Positions 8,898-17,236 of a stretch of 64,000 nt of DNA are shown in pieces. Position 1 is the stretch's first letter. The number at the start of each line of letters is the position of its first letter. Position numbers and translations under genes: made by a program. Location: IMG/VR virus record IMGVR_UViG_3300029288_000158. One strand, 5' to 3'. The stretch is from a virus. The notes beneath the pieces were generated by a model that was given only the letters and a program-made list of their open reading frames with translations, was not told the DNA's origin and ran no database searches.

Positions 8898-9047
8898 ATG
8901 GCAAAGGGACGAGAGAATAAGAATTTCATTGTTGAGAGTCGTGGAAAGAATCCAAAGATGGTGCCCAACGAGAGGGTTCGGATTCATGTTCGGGACTATC
9001 TTGAAAATGTTGAAGACGAGGAAACGGAAGAGGTTGAATTGGCTTAA
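8898..9047 (+). CDS. small acidic protein, 49 aa
   Basis: SD AAAAGGAAC then ATG. Frame differs from the track ORF 8929-9444, which looks like a fusion artifact. Confidence 0.4.
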   Translation: MAKGRENKNFIVESRGKNPKMVPNERVRIHVRDYLENVEDEETEEVELA

Positions 9048-9102
9048 TCTTTGGATTCTTTCAACAATAATCGTCAACAATAAAACAAACAGGATTAACA
9101 TA

Positions 9103-9444
9103 ATGAATAATATCTACGGCGCAGTTTCTAACGGCTTGACTCTTTCTCAATATTCGCGAATCGTTGATTTCGTTGAACAGAACATTTTTGACGGTTGTGG
9201 AGGCCGAAAGATTCGCTCCATTTATTTGATGGAAAATGGAAAAATGTTTCGTCGCGGAAAGGTTAGCCAAATTCAAAGTCGGTGCCGCTCTTATGTTTGT
9301 TTGACGCAAAAGAAGATTGTTCCTATTACAAATCTTGATAGGATTGTCGCGAACATTGTCAACGTGACTTCCGACAATCCGATTTTTGCCGATTGGATTA
9401 AGAACCGGGAAGAATTGAAGACGCGAATTCTTGAAATTATTTGA
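9103..9444 (+). CDS. hypothetical protein, 113 aa
   Basis: ATG at 9103. Downstream part of track ORF 8929-9444. Confidence 0.5.
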   Translation: MNNIYGAVSNGLTLSQYSRIVDFVEQNIFDGCGGRKIRSIYLMENGKMFRRGKVSQIQSRCRSYVCLTQKKIVPITNLDRIVANIVNVTSDNPIFADWIKNREELKTRILEII

Positions 9445-9452
9445 GGATAAGA

Positions 9453-9484
9453 AAGCGGAAATTCAAACTTCCGCTTTTTCTTTT
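9453..9484 (+). terminator. rho-independent terminator
   Basis: agcggaa/ttccgct plus a T-run. Confidence 0.6.
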
Positions 9485-9503
9485 GCCAACAGTGCCTCTT
9501 AAT

Positions 9504-9553
9504 GACCGAAGGAAAATCCAGCTTGACTTTGATTATCAACTCGTTTACATTCT
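9504..9553 (+). promoter_or_regulatory. promoter cassette copy 1 of 3 upstream of the 9813 gene (-35 9524, -10 TACATT)
   Basis: CCGAAGGAAAATCCAGCTTGACT. Confidence 0.6.
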
Positions 9554-9608
9554 TAGTTCATAAACACACAACCAGTTTCAAGCACAAAAGGAAACAACAA
9601 TGAAGTAA

Positions 9609-9657
9609 AACCGAAGGAAATCCCAGCTTGACTTAGAGACAGAACGAGCATATATTA
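9609..9657 (+). promoter_or_regulatory. promoter cassette copy 2 of 3 (-35 9628, -10 TATATT 9651)
   Basis: CCGAAGGAAATCCCAGCTTGACT. Confidence 0.65.
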
Positions 9658-9706
9658 AGAGAGTCGGGAAGAGAAGCCAAGGACAAAAAGAAAAACAAAA
9701 AAGTTC

Positions 9707-9735
9707 TTGACAATCGGACCAAAAGAGAATAGATT
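9707..9735 (+). promoter_or_regulatory. third sigma70-like promoter (TTGACA-N17-TAGATT) inside a purine-rich leader
   Basis: Hexamers with 17-nt spacing. Confidence 0.5.
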
Positions 9736-9812
9736 AGTAGAGACAGAGAGACGGACGAATCCGGTAAGGTTCCAGAAGAGTCCAAAAACCAGAGAGAAAA
9801 GGAGAGAATACC

Positions 9813-10487
9813 ATGGCTAAGAAGAATCAAACTGCTGCGACCAAGAACACCAATCCCGAGACTCCCGTTTCGGAAACTCCCGTCGCGACTCCGACCACGT
9901 TCAAGCAGATGGTGAACGTTCCGGGAGTTGGGCTTGTTGAGGTTGATGTTCCTCTTGATGCGGCGATGGAGATTGCTGCGAAGGTGAAGGAAGCTCCCGA
10001 GGCGAAGGCGAAGCGCGATGCTGGCAGGAAGGCGAAGATTGCTGCCGCGCAGAAGGCCAAGCGCGATGCTGAGAAGGCCGCACATGCCAACGATCCGGAA
10101 TGGTTGGCGAAGGAAGCTGACAGGAAGGCGAAGCGCGATGCTCGCCTCGCAGTCATTGAGAAGCGGAAGGTGAATTCTGAGAAGAGGGCTGAACGTGCGA
10201 CGAAGGAGCAGGAAGCGAATGCCGCTCTGCTTGCCGAGTCTGGCTCCTCGCTCCCGCTTGCCCGACTTGTTGAGGCTTCTATCACGAAGCTGTATGAGAA
10301 GGGAATGAAGGGCGAGGATGGTGCGCATCGTGGATGGCTTGTCAAGTTCAGCTACAACAACGTGAAGGGTATCAGCGTCAAGTATTCTCAGCGTCTTTCT
10401 CTTGACGAACGTGGGGTTGGAACACTTGATTCTCTCCACGCCGATGCCAAGAAGATTCTGCTTGACATGATTGCTGACGCGAAGTAA
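9813..10487 (+). CDS. abundant-looking Ala/Lys-rich protein with 4x KAKRDA repeats and a Thr/Pro-rich N-terminus; function unknown
   Basis: Very strong SD AAAAGGAGAGAATACC. GC about 55% against a 35% background. Three promoters upstream and two terminators downstream. Confidence 0.7.
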   Translation: MAKKNQTAATKNTNPETPVSETPVATPTTFKQMVNVPGVGLVEVDVPLDAAMEIAAKVKEAPEAKAKRDAGRKAKIAAAQKAKRDAEKAAHANDPEWLAKEADRKAKRDARLAVIEKRKVNSEKRAERATKEQEANAALLAESGSSLPLARLVEASITKLYEKGMKGEDGAHRGWLVKFSYNNVKGISVKYSQRLSLDERGVGTLDSLHADAKKILLDMIADAK

Positions 10488-10497
10488 GCAATGTTGC

Positions 10498-10540
10498 GGA
10501 GTGGTTTGAAAAATAGCCACTCCACGAAAAGTTCTTTTTC
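10498..10540 (+). terminator. hairpin (ggagtgg/ccactcc), possible first terminator
   Basis: Perfect 7-bp stem. T-run not immediately adjacent. Confidence 0.35.
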
Positions 10541-10607
10541 AATTTGACGGTGGTTCTCAAAAATTAAATAACTCTGGAATCTAACTCGTCAAAATAAAAA
10601 GAGAACT

Positions 10608-10640
10608 AAGCGGAGGACAAAATTCTCCGCTTTTCTTTTA
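10608..10640 (+). terminator. rho-independent terminator
   Basis: agcggag/ctccgct plus a T-run. Confidence 0.6.
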
Positions 10641-10657
10641 CCAACAGCGCCTCTTAA

Positions 10658-10708
10658 TGACCGAAAGAAAATCCAGCTTGACATTCGTTAAATTTGGAGA
10701 TATATTAA
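10658..10708 (+). promoter_or_regulatory. conserved promoter cassette copy (-35 TTGACA 10678, -10 TATATT 10701)
   Basis: CCGAAAGAAAATCCAGCTTGACA. Confidence 0.65.
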
Positions 10709-10727
10709 CCTCAAAGGAGTTACTAAA

Positions 10728-11189
10728 ATGCTGGCTATTTTTCTTGACATTGAAGAGACGGTTATTCATTCTCTTGACAATCCAAAAGAAACAGAATGGG
10801 CAAGAAAGATTTTTGATTTTGTTGAAGGAAAAGAGAACATCTTTCTTTTCTCTTGGGCGTTGTGGACGAATGAAGATGTAGAATCATTCATTTCCACCCC
10901 AACATTTCAATGGATTTGTATGAATGCGAATCAGACAATTCCGACCGAAAAAATCATTTCAAAAGATTCGTTAAGGAATTCGTTCTCTAATATGTTTCGT
11001 TCACTTGACTTGAATGATTTTCGTGATGTTTGTCAGTCAAAAGAAGTTGCGTTTGAATTGTTTGTTAGGTTTGACGAGCGTGTGAAAGAGTTTAACGAAT
11101 TTGTTTTCATTGATGATAGAGTAGAAAATAAAATTGTAAAGATTGGTAATAAAGAAATCTTTTTCGTCAAGGCGCATAGAGAAATGTGA
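10728..11189 (+). CDS. hypothetical protein. N-terminal LAIFLDIEETVIH weakly resembles the DxDxT motif of HAD/NIF-type phosphatases (second Asp replaced by Glu).
   Basis: Track ORF. The motif resemblance is weak. Confidence 0.5.
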   Translation: MLAIFLDIEETVIHSLDNPKETEWARKIFDFVEGKENIFLFSWALWTNEDVESFISTPTFQWICMNANQTIPTEKIISKDSLRNSFSNMFRSLDLNDFRDVCQSKEVAFELFVRFDERVKEFNEFVFIDDRVENKIVKIGNKEIFFVKAHREM

Positions 11190-11200
11190 TTACTAAATCC

Positions 11201-11250
11201 TACCGAAGGAATTCCCAGCTTGACTTTCGAAGGGTAATAGTATATATTAG
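11201..11250 (+). promoter_or_regulatory. conserved promoter cassette copy (-35 11220, -10 TATATT 11243)
   Basis: CCGAAGGAATTCCCAGCTTGACT. Confidence 0.65.
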
Positions 11251-11275
11251 TAGTAACCTTAAAGGAGGTTTCAAA

Positions 11276-12670
11276 ATGAGAAAGATATTTTTGATTGTTC
11301 TTGCTTCGCTTGTTGGTTTTGGTTGTGATTCGGAAAGAAGCTCCACGTCTCCCGAAGCTAACAAGGAAGTTCGCAGTATTACAAATAGACAAATTGTTGT
11401 TAGGAATAAGGTTGTTGTTCCCGCGACAGTTGTTGTGAGAGACACAGATATTGTAAAGAAATCGTCATCGGTTCTGCTTGGAAAGATTATCCAGCAGGAT
11501 ACTAAGGGCTCGGTCGGTGCCGTTGTTTGTTCTGAGAAGATGAACAAGTGTGTAAAGACCAATTCTTCTGGAGTTTATCGACTTGAGAAGGTAACAGTAG
11601 CAGCGAGGAGTTTCTCAGGAAACGATACAATGACAACTCCGGAGAACATTCCTCTCGAAATTTCGTCAGGTGTTATTGTTGACACTGCTTTTGATAGCGG
11701 AACCGTTGTAATTTCTGATACAACAACCTCTATTGATTCAATCATTGCTCCGGATTCTTCAGTAGTTATTGTTGATTCTATCATTGTAACCGATACAATT
11801 CGGAATGTTGATACTATCAAGATTTCTGTAACGATTGATTCTATGGTGCCAACTCCTATTATTGATACCTTGGAAATAATCAACAACGGAACAGTGATTG
11901 GTGAAATCGTAATTGATTCGTGGGGGTGTATTCTTCCTCCAAATTACATTGTTCAGCGAAATATCTCAGCGGTTGATTCGACCTGGGACAATAGTATAGA
12001 TACTGTTGAAGCGGTTTATTTCGTCCGTGGAGATTCTGTAGCAAAGGTTGTTTCTCTTGGAAATGTTGGGAGAAATTACGCGGGGTTTGTTTACACTCTA
12101 TACAACGATTCGTCTTTCAAAAAGGATGATAAGGTGTATAATTTGTTCATCCGAGCAAAGAATAATTTGGGAAGCGTGATTGTAAAGACGGAGGTTGAGA
12201 CGTTTTCAGAACGATATGGAGATATTCCTAATAAGATTTTGAAGACAAAGGTCGGCGTTCCGGAATATAAGATTTCCCCGAATTTCGTCCCTGCGGCGAG
12301 AAATAATGAGAAGTTGAAGAATAGTGTTGTTAAGTATAACAACAAACCAAAGGTCAATTGGATTGGTGATGATGCCATGCCGGGAGTTTTTAAGAACAAC
12401 TCGCGTGAATATGTGGGCTATACAAAGTTTGATTATGATAGCCTCGGTGTGGATTCTGTCTCTTTTAACATCGTAACAGAATCGGATTCTATTAGAGTCC
12501 CGGTAATCTATACCAAGGGTGACACCATCATTCAGGAAACCATTCTAAACACCAAAACCTATTACAAAATGAAACTAAGAGTTGATAAGGAAGTTGGAAT
12601 GTTTGTTATTTCTCCAGTTGATGATGTAGACGCGATAATTTCGGAAGTTAGATTTTATTTCAAGGATTAA
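11276..12670 (+). CDS. large lipoprotein with internally repetitive V/I/D/S/T-rich (beta-sandwich-like) region
   Basis: Signal plus lipobox MRKIFLIVLASLVGFGC. SD AAAGGAGG. Repeats such as VVISDTTTSIDSII, VVIVDSIIVTDTI. Confidence 0.65.
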   Translation: MRKIFLIVLASLVGFGCDSERSSTSPEANKEVRSITNRQIVVRNKVVVPATVVVRDTDIVKKSSSVLLGKIIQQDTKGSVGAVVCSEKMNKCVKTNSSGVYRLEKVTVAARSFSGNDTMTTPENIPLEISSGVIVDTAFDSGTVVISDTTTSIDSIIAPDSSVVIVDSIIVTDTIRNVDTIKISVTIDSMVPTPIIDTLEIINNGTVIGEIVIDSWGCILPPNYIVQRNISAVDSTWDNSIDTVEAVYFVRGDSVAKVVSLGNVGRNYAGFVYTLYNDSSFKKDDKVYNLFIRAKNNLGSVIVKTEVETFSERYGDIPNKILKTKVGVPEYKISPNFVPAARNNEKLKNSVVKYNNKPKVNWIGDDAMPGVFKNNSREYVGYTKFDYDSLGVDSVSFNIVTESDSIRVPVIYTKGDTIIQETILNTKTYYKMKLRVDKEVGMFVISPVDDVDAIISEVRFYFKD

Positions 12671-12674
12671 CTTG

Positions 12675-12711
12675 AGCCGACTCTCTTGCGAGAGTCGGCG
12701 TTTTCTTTTTA
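12675..12711 (+). terminator. rho-independent terminator
   Basis: gccgactctc/gagagtcggc plus a T-run. Confidence 0.65.
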
Positions 12712-12726
12712 CTTGTCCCTATTGAA

Positions 12727-12776
12727 GACCGAAGGAAAATCCAGCTTGACTTTGGTTTGAACCCCGAGTATATTAC
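12727..12776 (+). promoter_or_regulatory. conserved promoter cassette copy (-35 12746, -10 TATATT 12769)
   Basis: CCGAAGGAAAATCCAGCTTGACT. Confidence 0.65.
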
Positions 12777-12978
12777 ATATAACTGTAACCATGCCGAAGT
12801 TATCAGATTCTAAAAAGGTTAGCAATTCATGCGCCAGTAATTACAAAACAGAAAAATTAAAAACAAAAGTGTGTCAGTTTTTGTGACTAGCATTTTCCAA
12901 AATTGGTAAACTTTGTTTTCTTTTGTCAAATTGTCGTTTCGTTTTTCGTTCCCAATATTTTCATTTTTGGAGATTCGT

Positions 12979-13326
12979 ATGAAGATGTTTCTTTTGTTAT
13001 CTTCTATTTTTATTATCGGTTGTCAGAAAATTGACGAAAACAATATTCGCATGTCGAGAGATTGGGTTTTCGCCATTCCTGATTCTAATAAACAAAAATA
13101 CGCTGATTTTGTTTCCAAGTCGATTAGTGGTTGTAAAGATAATTGTCGTTATCTTTTGTACGATATTCAAAAAATTGGCGGGGAAATGTTTGGAATTAAA
13201 ACGTATTCTTACAATTTGTTCTATTATAAAAATAACGAACGTATTGAAAAAGAACACGTTCTAAAATCTCAAATGAATGAAGATGAATTGAGAGCAGTCA
13301 ATGAAAAATTTCCAGATGATAATTGA
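12979..13326 (+). CDS. lipoprotein
   Basis: MKMFLLLSSIFIIGC lipobox. SD GGAGATTCGTATG. Confidence 0.55.
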   Translation: MKMFLLLSSIFIIGCQKIDENNIRMSRDWVFAIPDSNKQKYADFVSKSISGCKDNCRYLLYDIQKIGGEMFGIKTYSYNLFYYKNNERIEKEHVLKSQMNEDELRAVNEKFPDDN

Positions 13327-13346
13327 GCCGCAATATTGCGATTTTG

Positions 13347-13396
13347 GACCGAAGGAAATCCCAGCTTGACTTTGGGTTCAATAAACAGTAAATTAT
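13347..13396 (+). promoter_or_regulatory. conserved promoter cassette copy (-35 13366, -10 TAAATT)
   Basis: CCGAAGGAAATCCCAGCTTGACT. Confidence 0.6.
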
Positions 13397-13425
13397 CTAA
13401 AGGATTCATAGAAGAAGGTTAGTTT

Positions 13426-13797
13426 ATGTATGGTGAAATTTATTATTACAACTTAGACGGGTCGTTGAAAACCACAACAATTGAATTGTTCAAACGTAAG
13501 CATCACAGATGTTCTCACTTGATTAGAACGGTTCGTGGATTTGAAATAGAAGAACGAATGGTTCCAAAGATGATTGAGAATTTTGTTTTTCTTGAATGTT
13601 GTGAAGAGAAATTCTTTTTCAACAAATACAACGCGATGGTTAATCTTAAAGAGCGATTGTTTAATTACAAACATATTGAGACTCTACGAATAAAGTCAAG
13701 CTCGGCAAATTTGATTTCAAGGTTTAATAATATTACACAGGTTGATGATATTCTTAAAGAAATGGAAGACGTTGGTCCGGGAGGATGGCAGATATGA
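13426..13797 (+). CDS. hypothetical protein
   Basis: Track ORF. Confidence 0.5.
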   Translation: MYGEIYYYNLDGSLKTTTIELFKRKHHRCSHLIRTVRGFEIEERMVPKMIENFVFLECCEEKFFFNKYNAMVNLKERLFNYKHIETLRIKSSSANLISRFNNITQVDDILKEMEDVGPGGWQI

Positions 13798-14129
13798 TAT
13801 ACATATTAGTTATTTCCGTGGTGTTTAACATTTTTTTAATTTCTCGTCTTAGAAAAGCAGTTAGAGAAAGAAATAACTTTTTTGATAGATACTTGGATTC
13901 TTTTTACAAGTGGTGTGTATCTATTAGAGCATCGGAAAAGAACATGGCTGATTACCAGACACTTTGTAAAGCGACACTTCCGATGATTACAGATGATAAT
14001 TTGAAGCAATCGTATGAAGGTTTGGTCGTTTCACTCGAGCGCCAACATTCCGAACTTGAACCTTACAAACAAAAAGCGGAAGAATTTATGACAGAATACG
14101 AAATTCAGAAAATGATGATTGGAGGATAG
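13785..14129 (+). CDS. hypothetical protein with N-terminal TM segment
   Basis: Track ORF. Confidence 0.5.
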   Translation: MADMIYILVISVVFNIFLISRLRKAVRERNNFFDRYLDSFYKWCVSIRASEKNMADYQTLCKATLPMITDDNLKQSYEGLVVSLERQHSELEPYKQKAEEFMTEYEIQKMMIGG

Positions 14130-14399
14130 ATGAGGTTTTTAATTCTTAGTTCTTTGTTTCTTATTGGGTGCTCTGGTGGAAAATACATCAACTTTCAAAC
14201 AAATGTTCCAGCAGAGATTCGTTTTGAAGGACAACGTATTTGTAATTTAGACGAAACTACGACGTGTAGAATTAAATTGAAAAATGATTCGGTGGTTAAT
14301 ACTTATGCTGTTCTAAACAAGAGAAATTATTTTTCAAAATATTTCTCTTTGAGTGGTAATATGTTTTCCAAAGATACAACTATTACAGTGGAGTTTTGA
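14130..14399 (+). CDS. lipoprotein
   Basis: MRFLILSSLFLIGC lipobox. Confidence 0.55.
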   Translation: MRFLILSSLFLIGCSGGKYINFQTNVPAEIRFEGQRICNLDETTTCRIKLKNDSVVNTYAVLNKRNYFSKYFSLSGNMFSKDTTITVEF

Positions 14400-14872
14400 A
14401 AATGAAAACTATTTTTGGATATCAACCGGATGATTATAAAGAAACTTTTCAAAAATATATTGACGCAGCAAAGATAATGAAAACACGAATCATTGTATAT
14501 GGAATCTGGGTTTCGTTTTGGATTTTTCTTTTCGGTTATCAGATTCATAAGAAAGTTACGACCGAACCTATTATGGATTATGTTGTTGTTGACGAAAAGC
14601 GGAATGGTGGCCAGGAACAAACTTCCGGGAAGACGTCGGTTTGGAAAAATGGAACTTGGATAAAACTCCGACACGTTAACGATAACAATAGAATTGAATT
14701 CTTGTTCATTGAAAATCCGTTTGTTGTTGATACGTGGAAGAAGAATGAAGTTTACCTTAAAAACGAATATGATATTCTTAACCAGTGGAATGCGGGAACG
14801 TTTTTCCTAGCCGGTTTGATTTTTGTATTTATTTCGTTCGTTGTTGTAGGAGTAACGGAGAGTTGGGAATGA
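14396..14872 (+). CDS. membrane protein (2 TM)
   Basis: Track ORF with ATGA coupling. Confidence 0.5.
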   Translation: MKMKTIFGYQPDDYKETFQKYIDAAKIMKTRIIVYGIWVSFWIFLFGYQIHKKVTTEPIMDYVVVDEKRNGGQEQTSGKTSVWKNGTWIKLRHVNDNNRIEFLFIENPFVVDTWKKNEVYLKNEYDILNQWNAGTFFLAGLIFVFISFVVVGVTESWE

Positions 14873-15105
14873 CCAAATTCAAACTAACAAAATTTCACGT
14901 TTCGGTTTTCTATGAAGTTGATGTGAAAATCGAATCGTATGAACAAGAAGATTTTGAACGGTTTGTTGCTAATTTGTTCTGTTCAGCACCAATGTTGTTC
15001 ATGACTGATTTTACAACTTTGTTCAAGAATCAGTTCACCAGTAGATTGGTTCATTTTGACCGAATTAAAGAATCGGAAGTAGATTTTCAAATTGAGGTCA
15101 TTTGA
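14869..15105 (+). CDS. hypothetical protein
   Basis: ATG at 14869 overlaps the upstream stop. Confidence 0.45.
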   Translation: MTKFKLTKFHVSVFYEVDVKIESYEQEDFERFVANLFCSAPMLFMTDFTTLFKNQFTSRLVHFDRIKESEVDFQIEVI

Positions 15106-15392
15106 TGAAGACTATTTTTACAATTACCGGAATGCCTGCAAAAGTAAGTTTAGATAACAGAAGTTTTGGTTTTTATTTTGACCTTGACGAAGCTATTGAT
15201 TCAGTTAAACGAAACCGTGGAGATATTCATGAGGATATGTTTGAATATGTAGTCGTTGAAGAATATCCAGAAGGTGTGTTTTCTATTCCTGTAAATGAGT
15301 ATTGGTTTCGTTTTAATCGTTCATTGGAAATATATATCGAATGTGAACGTCCTGAATTTCTAACATATATTAAATGTTTCGGATTTCATTAA
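15102..15392 (+). CDS. hypothetical protein
   Basis: Track ORF. Confidence 0.5.
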   Translation: MMKTIFTITGMPAKVSLDNRSFGFYFDLDEAIDSVKRNRGDIHEDMFEYVVVEEYPEGVFSIPVNEYWFRFNRSLEIYIECERPEFLTYIKCFGFH

Positions 15393-15406
15393 GAAAGAAA
15401 ACAAAA

Positions 15407-15607
15407 ATGAAACAAATCGTCAAAACAATTTTCGGTTCTCATCTTTACGGAACTTCTACTCCTGAATCCGATACAGATTTCAAAGCTGTTCATATGTATT
15501 CTATTCAGGAAATTCTTCTGAAAAAAGACAAAGATAATATTGATTCAAGCACAAATAAGAAAACTAAGACACTAAATACATGTAGATGTTTCGTAGTTAC
15601 AAGATAA
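15407..15607 (+). pseudogene. N-terminal fragment of a Pol-beta-superfamily nucleotidyltransferase (GS..YG....SDxD motif), apparently truncated by the downstream TnpB element
   Basis: MKQIVKTIFGSHLYGTSTPESDTDFKAV is the classic NTase N-terminal motif. The frame then runs into non-homologous sequence and stops inside the tnpB start region. Confidence 0.45.
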
Positions 15608-16857
15608 GATTAGAGACAAACTCAATCCAAACCTCGGCACTTCACCAGAATTGTCAATCGGCTCGTTACGCTTACAATTGGGCTCTGACTAATCAAATCT
15701 CCGCAACAGAACAAGCTAAAGAACTTGCTAAAACAACAAACACCAAACCCATCTACCCTAAAGTTAGTTCTTTTAGCTGGAGTGCTGAGTGGACAAATTT
15801 AAAAAAGAGCGTTCCTTGGTTGAGAGAAGTTTCAAAATGGCCAGCGCAACAAGCATTCCGACATCTTGAACAAGCATACAAAAGATTTTTCAATAAAGGT
15901 GGTTATCCCAAATTCAAGAAATTCTCCGATGCTACAAGTTATACCGAAGGCTGTGTAAGAGTAGGCTACGACTACATTAAGTTACCAAAGATAGGTAAAG
16001 TCAAACTTTCGAGAAAAGGATGGGCTGTTCAAGAAGAAGTAGAACTGTCTTTAGCAACAATTTCGTTTGACGGAGAACACTGGTTTGTTTCTTTTTACTT
16101 GAAAAATAACAACCAGCCTAAACAACTACCAGATTTAACAAATATACTAGAAGATGAAATTCTTGGAGTAGATTTGGGTATAAAGGATTTGGCTATTTGT
16201 TCCGACGGCGAGGTTGTTCCAAACCCAAAAACCTACAAAAAACATCTGAAAAAGTTAAAAAGATTCCAACGAAAATTATCAAAAAAGAAAAAAGGCTCTA
16301 AGAACAGAGAAAAAGCTAAAAGAAAACTAAGAAGAATTCATAACAAAATTCGGAACATTCGCCTAGACAACATCCACAAAATGACATCAAAAATAGTGAA
16401 ATCACAACCTAAAATGATTGTCCTCGAAACCCTAAGACCAAAGAACATGATGAAAAATCACAAATTAGCACAAAGTATAGCCGACGCATCATTCGGAGAA
16501 ATTGTGAGACAGTTCACCTACAAATGTGAATGGAATGGTGTTCACCTTCTTCGTGCGCATCAGTTCTACCCAAGTTCTCAATTTTGTTCTTCATGTGGTC
16601 ACCAAAACAAAAACTTGAAATTAAAAGATAGAGAGTGGATTTGTTCAGAATGCGGAGCAGCCCACGATAGAGATTTCAACGCCGCTAAAAATTTACAATT
16701 TTACGGCTATTGGCTGAACAGCCAGTCTACCGAGGGTTCCTCGGAAAGTTACGCTTGTGGAGGAGATAGGTTGCAGTTCCTTAAAGAACAGTGCTCTCCA
16801 ATAAAACAAGAAATTAAAGATGGAAAAACAAAGAAACCTTGTTTGAATGTCTAAGAT
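15545..16857 (+). mobile_element. IS200/IS605-family TnpB-only (IS1341-like) insertion; ends approximate
   Basis: tnpB sits between two pieces of an apparent NTase-like gene. No tnpA is present. Confidence 0.5.
15586..16854 (+). CDS. tnpB: TnpB (OrfB) RNA-guided nuclease of the IS200/IS605 family
   Basis: RuvC-I ILGVDLGIKDLAICSDG, RuvC-II MIVLETL, zinc finger CSSCGH...CSECG, RuvC-III HDRDFNAAKNL. N-terminal YKIRL...ARYAYNWAL. Confidence 0.9.
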   Translation: MFRSYKIRLETNSIQTSALHQNCQSARYAYNWALTNQISATEQAKELAKTTNTKPIYPKVSSFSWSAEWTNLKKSVPWLREVSKWPAQQAFRHLEQAYKRFFNKGGYPKFKKFSDATSYTEGCVRVGYDYIKLPKIGKVKLSRKGWAVQEEVELSLATISFDGEHWFVSFYLKNNNQPKQLPDLTNILEDEILGVDLGIKDLAICSDGEVVPNPKTYKKHLKKLKRFQRKLSKKKKGSKNREKAKRKLRRIHNKIRNIRLDNIHKMTSKIVKSQPKMIVLETLRPKNMMKNHKLAQSIADASFGEIVRQFTYKCEWNGVHLLRAHQFYPSSQFCSSCGHQNKNLKLKDREWICSECGAAHDRDFNAAKNLQFYGYWLNSQSTEGSSESYACGGDRLQFLKEQCSPIKQEIKDGKTKKPCLNV

Positions 16858-17182
16858 GGAACACCAAATTGAACAGTATGGCGAACGAGTCAAGAAGGCT
16901 GTTGAAGATGGAAAGATTGATTTGAAATCATACTATCACGCTGTTAGAATTGTTTTTGAACTTGAACAAATGCTAACAGAAAGTAGATTGACGTTTCCCA
17001 ATCCAAGAGCTGACTTTCTTTTGAAGATTAGAAACGGAGAATATGATAAAAAGTGGATTGAACATTTTGTTTGTGACGAAATTGAAAGAGTCTTAAAAAT
17101 TCCCAACAATCTTCCTGAACCCAATTTTGAATTTTGGAAAGATTGGATTTTGGATAGGTATGAGTTGAAGTATCAGTGTTAA
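16847..17182 (+). CDS. 111-aa protein; either the C-terminal remainder of the interrupted NTase-like gene or an independent small protein
   Basis: Has its own ATG, which overlaps the tnpB stop. Confidence 0.45.
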   Translation: MSKMEHQIEQYGERVKKAVEDGKIDLKSYYHAVRIVFELEQMLTESRLTFPNPRADFLLKIRNGEYDKKWIEHFVCDEIERVLKIPNNLPEPNFEFWKDWILDRYELKYQC

Positions 17183-17236
17183 ATTCGATTGTAAATACCA
17201 ATGGTTTATTTTCATTCTGCAATAGAAAGGCCGACA

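Noticed and set aside
8929-9444. Track ORF 8929-9444 as a single 171-aa gene
   Set aside because: Its first third is an alternative frame over a better-supported small ORF (8898-9047, with SD). The plausible gene is the downstream part starting at ATG 9103.
9633-10520. Long minus-strand ORFs (295 and 172 aa) opposite the KAKRDA-repeat gene
   Set aside because: They are antisense to a GC-rich, strongly supported + strand gene. Their translations are low-complexity (S/L/R-rich), typical of antisense frames in GC-rich DNA.
15374-15607. ATG 15374 as the start of the NTase-like fragment
   Set aside because: The conserved NTase motif begins right after the second Met (15407). The first 11 residues overlap the upstream gene's 3' end and add only basic filler.
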